The position numbers were made by a program, and so were the translations under genes. 64,000 nt of DNA. Source: a candidate division FCPU426 bacterium (GTDB lineage Bacteria > Oederibacteriota > Muellerivitia > Muellerivitales > Muellerivitaceae). This document shows positions 56,829-64,000 of the stretch, piece after piece; within the stretch, counting starts at the first letter, position 1; the number at the start of each line of letters is the position of its first letter. Below the pieces are notes generated by a model. That model ran no database searches and was not told the origin of the DNA. It saw only the letters and a program-made list of their open reading frames with translations. The stretch spans positions 416,001-480,000 of the forward strand of contig CAVRAL010000001.1 of assembly GCA_963719085.1 (NCBI GenBank), given 5' to 3'.

Positions 56829-57299
56829 ATGAACGAAAAAAATGAGTTGAGCCAAGCGGAAATGGAAGCGCAAATGAAAGCCTTCCAGGCCGCCGAGCAA
56901 ATTTATCTGGAGCAGTCGTTTAAGTGGTTGATCGATTATGTCGCCAGCTATTTTCCGGAGGATCAATTGGTGGTCGAGGACGTGGTGACCGATGTCCACT
57001 TCATCCAATCCGTGGTGGAAGGCGGCAAGCCCTTGGGAGCCTTGGTATATCGTTTCCGTAAGGTCCAGGATAAAAAAGCTTATTTCAATGATTTACGGGA
57101 GGAGTATAAGGAAGGCTTGGGGGTGCCGGAAGTTTTGTTTGTGGATTCGGAGACTCAAACCTTCGCCGCGCCGGCTGCCCTGGACAGCGAGTCCGGGATC
57201 TTCGAGATTCCCCCGAAAGAGATAACGTCTAAATTGAGGGAACTGCGGGAAGAGTTGAAGCGCCGGGCAAAGGTCCGGCAGCTGCGTGAAAGTCTGTGA
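56829..57299 (+). CDS. Hypothetical cytoplasmic protein
   Basis: RBS-like GGAGAGG; coding-like composition; no recognised motif. Confidence 0.6.
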   Translation: MNEKNELSQAEMEAQMKAFQAAEQIYLEQSFKWLIDYVASYFPEDQLVVEDVVTDVHFIQSVVEGGKPLGALVYRFRKVQDKKAYFNDLREEYKEGLGVPEVLFVDSETQTFAAPAALDSESGIFEIPPKEITSKLRELREELKRRAKVRQLRESL

Positions 57300-57319
57300 A
57301 ATTAATTCAGGAGGTTTTT

Positions 57320-57811
57320 ATGAGACGTTTATGGACATCGGGTTTGTTGGCGTTGGTTTTGTCGCTCGCCGCGGGCATAACGGGCTTGGCTTCGGCGGAT
57401 GAGTCGCCGGTCGTGGGCGGGGGCAATTTCGGGATCGGCTTGGACTTTGGTCAGCCGGGTACCTGGGGCGCCACCGGAAAAGTTTGGATGGATAATAAAA
57501 ACGCGTTCCAAGGGGCCGTTAAGTTTGACGGAACCACGATCCTGCAATTGGACTATCTTTGGCATGATTTTGACCTGATCAAGGTGAAACACGGAGCCTT
57601 GCCTTTTTACGTGGGCGTGGGCGGGGATATTTCCCTCAACAGCGGTTCGGCCGCCATCGCGGCCCGGGTGCCGGTTGGAATTTCCTATCTGTTCCAACGA
57701 GAAGACGTGCCCGTGGATATCTTCGTGGAGGCGGTCCCGACCATTTGGTTTTACAGCGGCGGAGCCCAGTTTGATGTCTTGGGCGATTTGGGAGCCCGCT
57801 ACTACTTTTAA
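57320..57811 (+). CDS. Small outer-membrane beta-barrel (DUF3996-like)
   Basis: AGGAGG RBS, signal peptide, FGIGL..G.P..G.TGK, FYVGVG, C-terminal GARYYF. Confidence 0.65.
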   Translation: MRRLWTSGLLALVLSLAAGITGLASADESPVVGGGNFGIGLDFGQPGTWGATGKVWMDNKNAFQGAVKFDGTTILQLDYLWHDFDLIKVKHGALPFYVGVGGDISLNSGSAAIAARVPVGISYLFQREDVPVDIFVEAVPTIWFYSGGAQFDVLGDLGARYYF

Positions 57812-57841
57812 CGCCAAAACTGAATCGTCTTATATTTTGGG

Positions 57842-57869
57842 AGGCGCCGGATTTCCGGCGCCTTTTTTT
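57842..57869 (+). terminator. Intrinsic terminator
   Basis: AGGCGCCGG-ATTT-CCGGCGCCT followed by a T run. Confidence 0.85.
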
Positions 57870-57907
57870 AATGCAAGCCGCCCGCCAACCCTTTACTCTT
57901 GAGTCCT

Positions 57908-58408
57908 ATGGGGAATGAGCGCGTCGTTAAAATCTGGAAGCGGGGCGTCTGGGCGCTGGTTTGGGCGTGGGGGATGGCCTCTTCCGCCGCCGCCACCCCC
58001 CGGCAAGGACCCCTTCCGCCGCAGGAACTTTTCGGCCTGGGGATCGTCGCGGGCGATCCCGAAGGCTGGGGGATTACGGGTAAACTGTGGCTGGACCACA
58101 ATGTGGCGCTTCAACCGGTCCTCAAACTGGGTTGGAATGGAAACGCGGCGCTTCAATGCGACCTGCTTTGGCACAACTATAAAATGATTCCGTCGGATTT
58201 GGACTCCTGGCCTCTTTATATCGGGCTGGGAGCGGTGGTAGATTCTTTGGGTCCGGCTTGGGGACTGCGCGCGGTGGGGGGGATTGACTATTTACTGCGC
58301 GATATCTCGGGCGATGTTTACGCCCAACTGGTGCCGACCTATTGGCTCCGGGCGCCGGTCCCCGCGGCTGAGCTTTATGGGGAAGTGGGTTTTCGCTTTT
58401 ATCTTTGA
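57908..58408 (+). CDS. Small outer-membrane beta-barrel, tandem paralog
   Basis: FGLGIVAGDPEGWGITGKLW, LYIGLG, C-terminal GFRFYL. Confidence 0.6.
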   Translation: MGNERVVKIWKRGVWALVWAWGMASSAAATPRQGPLPPQELFGLGIVAGDPEGWGITGKLWLDHNVALQPVLKLGWNGNAALQCDLLWHNYKMIPSDLDSWPLYIGLGAVVDSLGPAWGLRAVGGIDYLLRDISGDVYAQLVPTYWLRAPVPAAELYGEVGFRFYL

Positions 58409-58420
58409 TCCGAGGGTGCC

Positions 58421-59566
58421 ATGAAAAACACGAAAAGCCGCTCCAAACCCGCTTTGATGATGTACGCGGCCAGTGAGCATGATTCCAACCTTTATTACGC
58501 GGTCAAGTTCTCCGTGCCGGATCCTTTTCCCTTTTTTGAGATCGGCGGGAAGAAAATTATCTTGATGAGCGATTTGGAATTGGGACGGGCCAAGAAACAA
58601 GCCAAGGTCGACGAGGTGCTTTCCTACACCGAGATTTACGCGAAAACCAAAGCCCGGGGCGTGGAGCGGCCCCAGGTGGCCGATGTATTGGCTTATTTTC
58701 TCAAAAGCCGAAAGGCCGGAAGGGTAAGGGTGCCGGATAATTTTAACGTGGGGCTGGCGGACGCCCTTCGCCAAAGGGGAACCGAGCTTGAAAGCAAGCC
58801 CGATCCGTTTTTTGAGGAACGGGTTTACAAGTCGAAAGAGGAAGTCGCCATGATCACCCAATCCCTGCGCCATACGGAGCGGGCGATCCACCAGGCGGAG
58901 GAAACGCTTAAGAAATCCAAGATCGTCGGGAAGAAAATTTATTACCGGGGCCAGCTGGTGACCTCGGAATTCATCAAAAAAATCATCAACGTTTCCATGA
59001 TGGAAAACAACTGCGTGGGCAGCCATACCATCGTGGCCAGCGGGGATCAGGGCTGTGACCCGCACCAAGAAGGCACGGGGCCGGTTTGGGCCAACCAATC
59101 CCTGATCGTGGACGTGTTTCCCCGGTCCGCGGATACCTTTTATTACGCCGACATCACCCGCACTTTCGTGAAGGGAAAGGCCTCGCCGGCCCTCAAGGCC
59201 CAATATGAGGCGGTCAAGGCGGGCCAGGAAAAAGGGGTCAAGATGGTGGCGCCCGGCGTGAACGGACGGGAGGTGCACCAGACCATCACCCAGATCATGG
59301 AAGATCGGGGCTACCTGACGGAGCGGCGCAACGGTACTTTGGTGGGTTTTTTCCATGGGACGGGACACGGGCTCGGGCTGGATGTGCACGAGCCGCCCCG
59401 GGTCAATTCCTCGGACCATGTGTTGAAAAAAGGCGAGGTGGTGACGGTGGAGCCCGGTCTTTATTATCCCGGTGTGGGCGCGGTCCGCATTGAGGATCTT
59501 TTGGTGGTCACTGAAAAGGGAAACCGGAACCTGACGGTTTATCCCAAACGGCTTGAAATCCGCTAA
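58421..59566 (+). CDS. Xaa-Pro aminopeptidase (M24B)
   Basis: YADITRT, HGTGHGLGLDVHE, EPGLY, RIED. Confidence 0.92.
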   Translation: MKNTKSRSKPALMMYAASEHDSNLYYAVKFSVPDPFPFFEIGGKKIILMSDLELGRAKKQAKVDEVLSYTEIYAKTKARGVERPQVADVLAYFLKSRKAGRVRVPDNFNVGLADALRQRGTELESKPDPFFEERVYKSKEEVAMITQSLRHTERAIHQAEETLKKSKIVGKKIYYRGQLVTSEFIKKIINVSMMENNCVGSHTIVASGDQGCDPHQEGTGPVWANQSLIVDVFPRSADTFYYADITRTFVKGKASPALKAQYEAVKAGQEKGVKMVAPGVNGREVHQTITQIMEDRGYLTERRNGTLVGFFHGTGHGLGLDVHEPPRVNSSDHVLKKGEVVTVEPGLYYPGVGAVRIEDLLVVTEKGNRNLTVYPKRLEIR

Positions 59567-59585
59567 GTCTTAAAAAGAAAAGGCA

Positions 59586-59654
59586 TTTGAGCAATGATAA
59601 AAGCTGATAAAAGCGGATTTTAATTTTTTTTATCGGCGTTTATCCATGCTCCAA
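59586..59654. repeat. Short palindromic element, family D (10-nt units GATAAAAGCK)
   Basis: TTTGAGCAATGATAAAAGCTGATAAAA vs TTTTATCGGCGTTTATCCATGCTCCAA, 22/27 complementary. Confidence 0.6.
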
Positions 59655-59674
59655 TATTTTCTTCGGGAGGGTTT

Positions 59675-60532
59675 ATGCCTTCTTTCGAGAAATTGACAGC
59701 CGAATTCAAGCGCTACCTGGAACGCCAGGCCCTGGCCGGAGCCGGCGCCAACGGCTTGGTGGAAGGCGCCATCTTGATTGCCCGGCAGGAATATCCCAAA
59801 CTTTTGGCGCCTCCTTTTCAACGGGAACTCGATCAAATGGCGCTGGAAGTCAGCGACCGAATCGCCAAGCCCTCGACCCAAGCCCAGAAAGTCGCCGTTT
59901 TAAATCATTATTTTTTCGAGGACTTGGGGTTTAAAGGCAACCGGGAGCGCTATTACGAAACCGCCAACAGCTATTGGCCGGATGTGATGGAGAGGCGGAC
60001 CGGCATTCCCATCAGTTTGGCCGCGATTTATTTGGAGGTGGGCTGGCGGCTGGGGTTTCCCTTAAGCGGCATTAATTTTCCCGGTCACTTTTTGGTGGGC
60101 TGGACTGACCCCGCGCTTTCGCTTTATATCGATGTTTTCGCCGATGGGAAGATTTTGTCGCCGGATGATTTGAACGATTTGGTCCGCCGGTTTGTCGGGG
60201 AAGATCAGGCGCTCAAGCCCGATTCCCATCTTCGGCGGGCCGGGATCAACGACATTCTTTACCGAATGCTTTCCAACCTTAAGGGAATCCACGCGCAATC
60301 GGGTCATTTGGAAAGGGCCCTGCTTTGCGTCGATTGGATGCGCATCATCAAGCCGGATGATTGGAATAGTTTGCGGGATAGGGGAATGTTTTTGGCCTCT
60401 TTGGACCGCCTGCCGGAGGCGGAAGAAGCCTTGATGGGTTACTTGGAACAGTCGAAAAAGGCGCCCGATTATTCCCAGGTCTGGCAGGTGCTTTACTCCA
60501 TCCGGGCCCAAGACCCGATCCATTGGAATTAG
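59675..60532 (+). CDS. SirB1/transglutaminase-like protein with C-terminal TPR
   Basis: F.GN...YY...NS, RTGIPISL, NFPGHFL, RMLSNLK, RDRG. Confidence 0.88.
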   Translation: MPSFEKLTAEFKRYLERQALAGAGANGLVEGAILIARQEYPKLLAPPFQRELDQMALEVSDRIAKPSTQAQKVAVLNHYFFEDLGFKGNRERYYETANSYWPDVMERRTGIPISLAAIYLEVGWRLGFPLSGINFPGHFLVGWTDPALSLYIDVFADGKILSPDDLNDLVRRFVGEDQALKPDSHLRRAGINDILYRMLSNLKGIHAQSGHLERALLCVDWMRIIKPDDWNSLRDRGMFLASLDRLPEAEEALMGYLEQSKKAPDYSQVWQVLYSIRAQDPIHWN

Positions 60533-60756
60533 GGGACTTGCGTTTGGTCGGCGGAGGTTCCGGGCGCGAGGACTTTTAAGGCGGCTTTGGTCGTGTCATC
60601 GTCTTTACTGCCGGACGAAAACAGGAAATAAGAAAGCACGATCATCACACCGCCCCAAATAATCATTTTAGGGCTTTGGATTTTTTTACCCCGGTACATG
60701 TAATAACCGCCCAGGGTTCCCATGAAGAATGAGATGATCGCTTCCAACCAAAACAT
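60529..60756 (-). CDS. Small two-TM hypothetical protein
   Basis: GGAG RBS; G.YYMYRGKK..SP.M...G pattern; follows the PBP gene. Confidence 0.65.
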   Translation of the reverse strand: MFWLEAIISFFMGTLGGYYMYRGKKIQSPKMIIWGGVMIVLSYFLFSSGSKDDDTTKAALKVLAPGTSADQTQVP

Positions 60757-60770
60757 AGTTTTTCTCCGGG

Positions 60771-62597
60771 TTATTTCTTGGTTTGGTCCGAATTAAGATC
60801 CATCACTTCCATTATACCTTGGATGGCTTTTTTAGCGATGGGAGCGGCCACATCCTTGCCGGTGCCGCCGTTTTCCGCTAGCACGGCCACCGCGATTTGG
60901 GGGTTCTCCACCGGCGCGAAACAAATGAACCAGGCGTGGAAGTTGGGGTTGCGGCTTCCCGAGGTTCCGGTTTTTCCGGCGATTTTAAGCCCCGGAATAC
61001 GGGCCTTCGCCCCGATGCCGCGTTCCACGTCGTTAAGCATCATGGCGGTTAAAAAGCCCGCGGTTTGGTGGCTGATGGTGTTCTTGTAAATGACCGGCTT
61101 GTTTTCTTGAAGCACCTTGCCGTCGATATTCGTCATCTTTTCCACCAGATAAGGCGACATCATCACGCCGTCATTGGCGATGGCGGCGGCGATGAGCGCG
61201 GCGTTCAGGGGAGTGATCCTAAAATTATCCCCCAGTCCGGTGGCGGATTGGGCCAGCTCATATTGGGACAGGCCCAGCTTGGGAGAAAAACTCATGGACA
61301 CCGGAATGTTGAGGGTCTTGGGCAGGGAATTGAAGCCGAAGCGGTTGTTGAATTCCAGGACCTTATCCTCGCCCAAGGCGAAGCCCAGTTTCGCGTAGGA
61401 CATATTGCAGGAAGCGTCAAAAGCCTCTTCCAGCGAGTGGATGGTCTTGTGTTTGGCCCAGTCATAAAAAACTTTGCCGTCGATATATTCGTAGCCTTTG
61501 CAATAAAGCGGGAACACCTGGTTGAGATTCAGGTTGGTTTCCACGGCGGCGGCCGAGGAGACGATTTTTACGATGGACCCGGGTTCATAAAGGCCCTCGA
61601 ACGCCCGGTTCTTGAGGGGCTGATTTTTATTGTCGACGTACGACCACCATCCGGAATGGATTTTTTCCGGCGTAAAGGTGGGCTGGGAAACGCAGCCCAA
61701 AATCTCGCCCGTGCGGGGGTTGAGCACCACAATGGAGCCCTTTTCCCAACCGAGAGCCTTGAAGATGGCGCTTTGAATCCGGCTGTCGATGGTCAGGTAA
61801 AGTTTGTTGCCCGGAAAGTAGCTTTGATAAACATTTTCCAAGCCCGTGGAGCCGTGGTTATTGTCGGCGCTGGAATCCACATAGCCGATCAAGTGGGCGA
61901 ATTCTTTGCCCATGGGATAACCCTTTTCGCCGTTTTTCAGCCATTGCAAGGCCAAGGGCTGGCCGTTACGGTCATAAATATAATAAATGGAACCCCGGTC
62001 CCGTTCTTCCCGGGCTTCTTCCACCAATTGCTGAAACTTCTTATTTTTAGGATCGTAGTTGAGGGCGGTCTCGTAATATTTTTCCCCCTTGGCCACCTGG
62101 CTCAAGGCCCTTTCGGCGGTCCCTAAGGCGATATAAACATTGGGATTGTTGGGTTGAAGCTCCAACGCGTGCTGGAGTTCCAGCTCCGCCTCTACATATT
62201 GGCCGTTGTCGATAAAACCTTGGCCGGTTTTTAAATGGTTGAAACGGCGGCTAAAACTAAGCCCGGCTTTCATGGCCTGGTCGTAAAAATCCTTGGCTTG
62301 ATCCAGGTGGTTTTCCTTGATTTCGACCATGCCCAAACCGTCGATGGCTTTGGCGTTGCCCGGGGAGCGGGTGAGCACCTTATTGAACTCCATCTTCGCC
62401 AGTTCCAGGTCCCCGGCGGTCCAGTATTTGAGCCCCTTGAGAAAGTTGTACTGGTTCATGAGGGAAGTCTTGAAGCTCAGCGCCCCGATCAGAAGAATCA
62501 GGATGAGCGCCGTAGTCCGTAAGGAGGGAAGCTTGGTTTTACGGCGTCGGGACAAGGATAAGGGTTTATAACGGCGGAAGGGGTCAATAACAGCCAT
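60771..62597 (-). CDS. Class B-like penicillin-binding transpeptidase with N-terminal TM and TPR repeats
   Basis: SxxK (GSIVK), SxN (SCN) and KTG all intact; about 4 TPR-like repeats at aa 50-195. Confidence 0.88.
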   Translation of the reverse strand: MAVIDPFRRYKPLSLSRRRKTKLPSLRTTALILILLIGALSFKTSLMNQYNFLKGLKYWTAGDLELAKMEFNKVLTRSPGNAKAIDGLGMVEIKENHLDQAKDFYDQAMKAGLSFSRRFNHLKTGQGFIDNGQYVEAELELQHALELQPNNPNVYIALGTAERALSQVAKGEKYYETALNYDPKNKKFQQLVEEAREERDRGSIYYIYDRNGQPLALQWLKNGEKGYPMGKEFAHLIGYVDSSADNNHGSTGLENVYQSYFPGNKLYLTIDSRIQSAIFKALGWEKGSIVVLNPRTGEILGCVSQPTFTPEKIHSGWWSYVDNKNQPLKNRAFEGLYEPGSIVKIVSSAAAVETNLNLNQVFPLYCKGYEYIDGKVFYDWAKHKTIHSLEEAFDASCNMSYAKLGFALGEDKVLEFNNRFGFNSLPKTLNIPVSMSFSPKLGLSQYELAQSATGLGDNFRITPLNAALIAAAIANDGVMMSPYLVEKMTNIDGKVLQENKPVIYKNTISHQTAGFLTAMMLNDVERGIGAKARIPGLKIAGKTGTSGSRNPNFHAWFICFAPVENPQIAVAVLAENGGTGKDVAAPIAKKAIQGIMEVMDLNSDQTKK

Positions 62598-62847
62598 GGT
62601 GGAACGGCTCCTTAGTCAACGCATCCCCTGAAGGACGTCGTGATCAAACGGTTCGAAAGGTGAGGGAACATTTTAATTGGATTGCCCGGGGAATAAAGGA
62701 AAAAAACCGCGTCTTCGCCCGTAAAAGCCGGGCTTTTGGAAAGCGCGGCGTGTAAAAGCGCCGGAGGTCTTGATAAGATACGCTCGATTCCAATCGCGGA
62801 AGCTCCTTCGGCCTGATCCGGCCGAAACTGAAGAAGAGGAAAATCGC

Positions 62848-64000
62848 ATGTCCTTGACCGTCGGCTTTCTTATCTTTATCGGCTGCACCCAGCTGTTTCT
62901 TTTTTATTGGCTGGCGAAAAGAAACAACGGCGCTTCGCAAGAACTTTTGAAAAACATTGAGAAGCTGGAACGGGTCTTAAGGGAAGAAATGAGCCGCAAC
63001 CGGGAAGAGTCCCAGGGCGTGGCCCGGGGAAACCGGGAGGAAATCAACCACCAACTTCTTTCGTTGACCCAGACGAACGAACAGCGGTTGGAGCGGATGC
63101 GCGAAACCATCGAGTCCCGGTTGCGCCAGCTGCAGGAAGAAAACGGGTCCAAGCTTGACCAGATGCGGCAAGTGGTGGACGAGAAACTGCAAACCACCCT
63201 GGAAAAAAGACTGGGGGAATCCTTCAAGATGGTCAGCGACCGTTTGGAACAGGTCCACCAAGGCCTGGGCGAGATGCAGTCCCTGGCTTCCAATGTGGGC
63301 GATTTGAAAAAAGTGCTGACCAACGTGAAGACCCGGGGCACCTGGGGGGAAGTGCAGTTGGAAAGCCTTCTGCAACAAGTGCTCACCTCCGAGCAATACG
63401 CCAAGAATGTGGCCACTAAAAAAGGGAGCGAGGACCGGGTGGAATTCGCCATCCGCCTCCCCGGACGGGAGGACGGAAACGGCGGCCAAGTTTGGCTTCC
63501 GGTGGACGCCAAGTTCCCGCAGGAGGACTATCAACGTTTGGTGGAAGCCTTTGAGCAGGGGAACGTTTCTTTGGCGGAAGAGGCCTCGAAAAGTTTGGAG
63601 AACCGCATCAAGCTGGAGGCTAAAAATATCCGGGATAAATACTTGGACCCGCCCTACACGACCGATTTTGGCCTGATGTTCCTGCCGACGGAAGGCCTTT
63701 ACGCCGAGGTGGCCCGCCGCCCGGGCTTAATGGATATCTTGCAAAGGGATTTCCGGATCATCGTCAGCGGCCCCAATACCTTCGCGGCCCTGCTCAACAG
63801 CCTTCAAATGGGTTTTAAAACCTTGGCCATTGAGAAGCGTTCCAGCGAGGTTTGGGGGCTTTTAGGGGTGGTCAAAAACGAGTTTGGCAAGTTCGCGGCG
63901 CTCCTGGAGAAAACCCAGAAAAAAATACAAGAGGCCGGCAATACCATCGAGGACGCGGCCAAGAAGACCCGAACCATTGAAAGAAAACTGCGGGGCGTGG
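62848..64000 (+). CDS. rmuC: DNA recombination protein RmuC (3'-truncated; not in the ORF track)
   Basis: Translated by hand: N-terminal TM, coiled coil, KTRGTWGEVQL, PVDAKFP, TTDFGLMFLPTEGLYAE. Confidence 0.93.
   Translation, partial: MSLTVGFLIFIGCTQLFLFYWLAKRNNGASQELLKNIEKLERVLREEMSRNREESQGVARGNREEINHQLLSLTQTNEQRLERMRETIESRLRQLQEENGSKLDQMRQVVDEKLQTTLEKRLGESFKMVSDRLEQVHQGLGEMQSLASNVGDLKKVLTNVKTRGTWGEVQLESLLQQVLTSEQYAKNVATKKGSEDRVEFAIRLPGREDGNGGQVWLPVDAKFPQEDYQRLVEAFEQGNVSLAEEASKSLENRIKLEAKNIRDKYLDPPYTTDFGLMFLPTEGLYAEVARRPGLMDILQRDFRIIVSGPNTFAALLNSLQMGFKTLAIEKRSSEVWGLLGVVKNEFGKFAALLEKTQKKIQEAGNTIEDAAKKTRTIERKLRGV

Noticed and set aside
58292..62126. Long opposite-strand ORFs of 375 aa (58292-59419) and 353 aa (61065-62126)
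   Set aside because: Shadows of the M24 peptidase and PBP genes
62904..63676. ORF-track calls in this interval
   Set aside because: They overlap rmuC, which runs from 62848 off the window end

Overview
Chromosomal window from a diderm (Gram-negative-type) bacterium; the lineage cannot be assigned from the sequence alone. No rRNA, tRNA, CRISPR array, transposase or integrase was recognised. Positions 1 to about 37 kb are a large surface-polysaccharide region made of two adjacent Wzx/Wzy-type loci that share paralogous wecA-like and wzx genes. Locus 1 (1-13.9 kb, AT-rich) encodes glycosyltransferases, two acetyltransferases, a HAD/PRT-like protein (probable ribofuranosyltransferase), an antisense 2OG-Fe(II) oxygenase, an aldo/keto reductase and a methyltransferase. 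Locus 2 (14.2-32.7 kb, GC-rich) encodes wza, wzc, cysQ and two sulfotransferases, suggesting a sulfated exopolysaccharide; gmd-fcl lie nearby. Both wecA-like proteins carry an unusual C-terminal domain of about 170 aa. Positions 37-64 kb are mostly housekeeping and envelope genes: nagZ-like, rlpA, pyrF, pyrE, typA, rimO-pgsA-pgpA-cinA-thpR, an M24 peptidase, a TPR-fused PBP and rmuC. Their intergenic spaces hold ten palindromic elements built from short tandem units (four sequence families), some nested and one pair showing whole-element inversion. Start codons were adjusted by eye; all product calls rest on motif recognition, not database searches.
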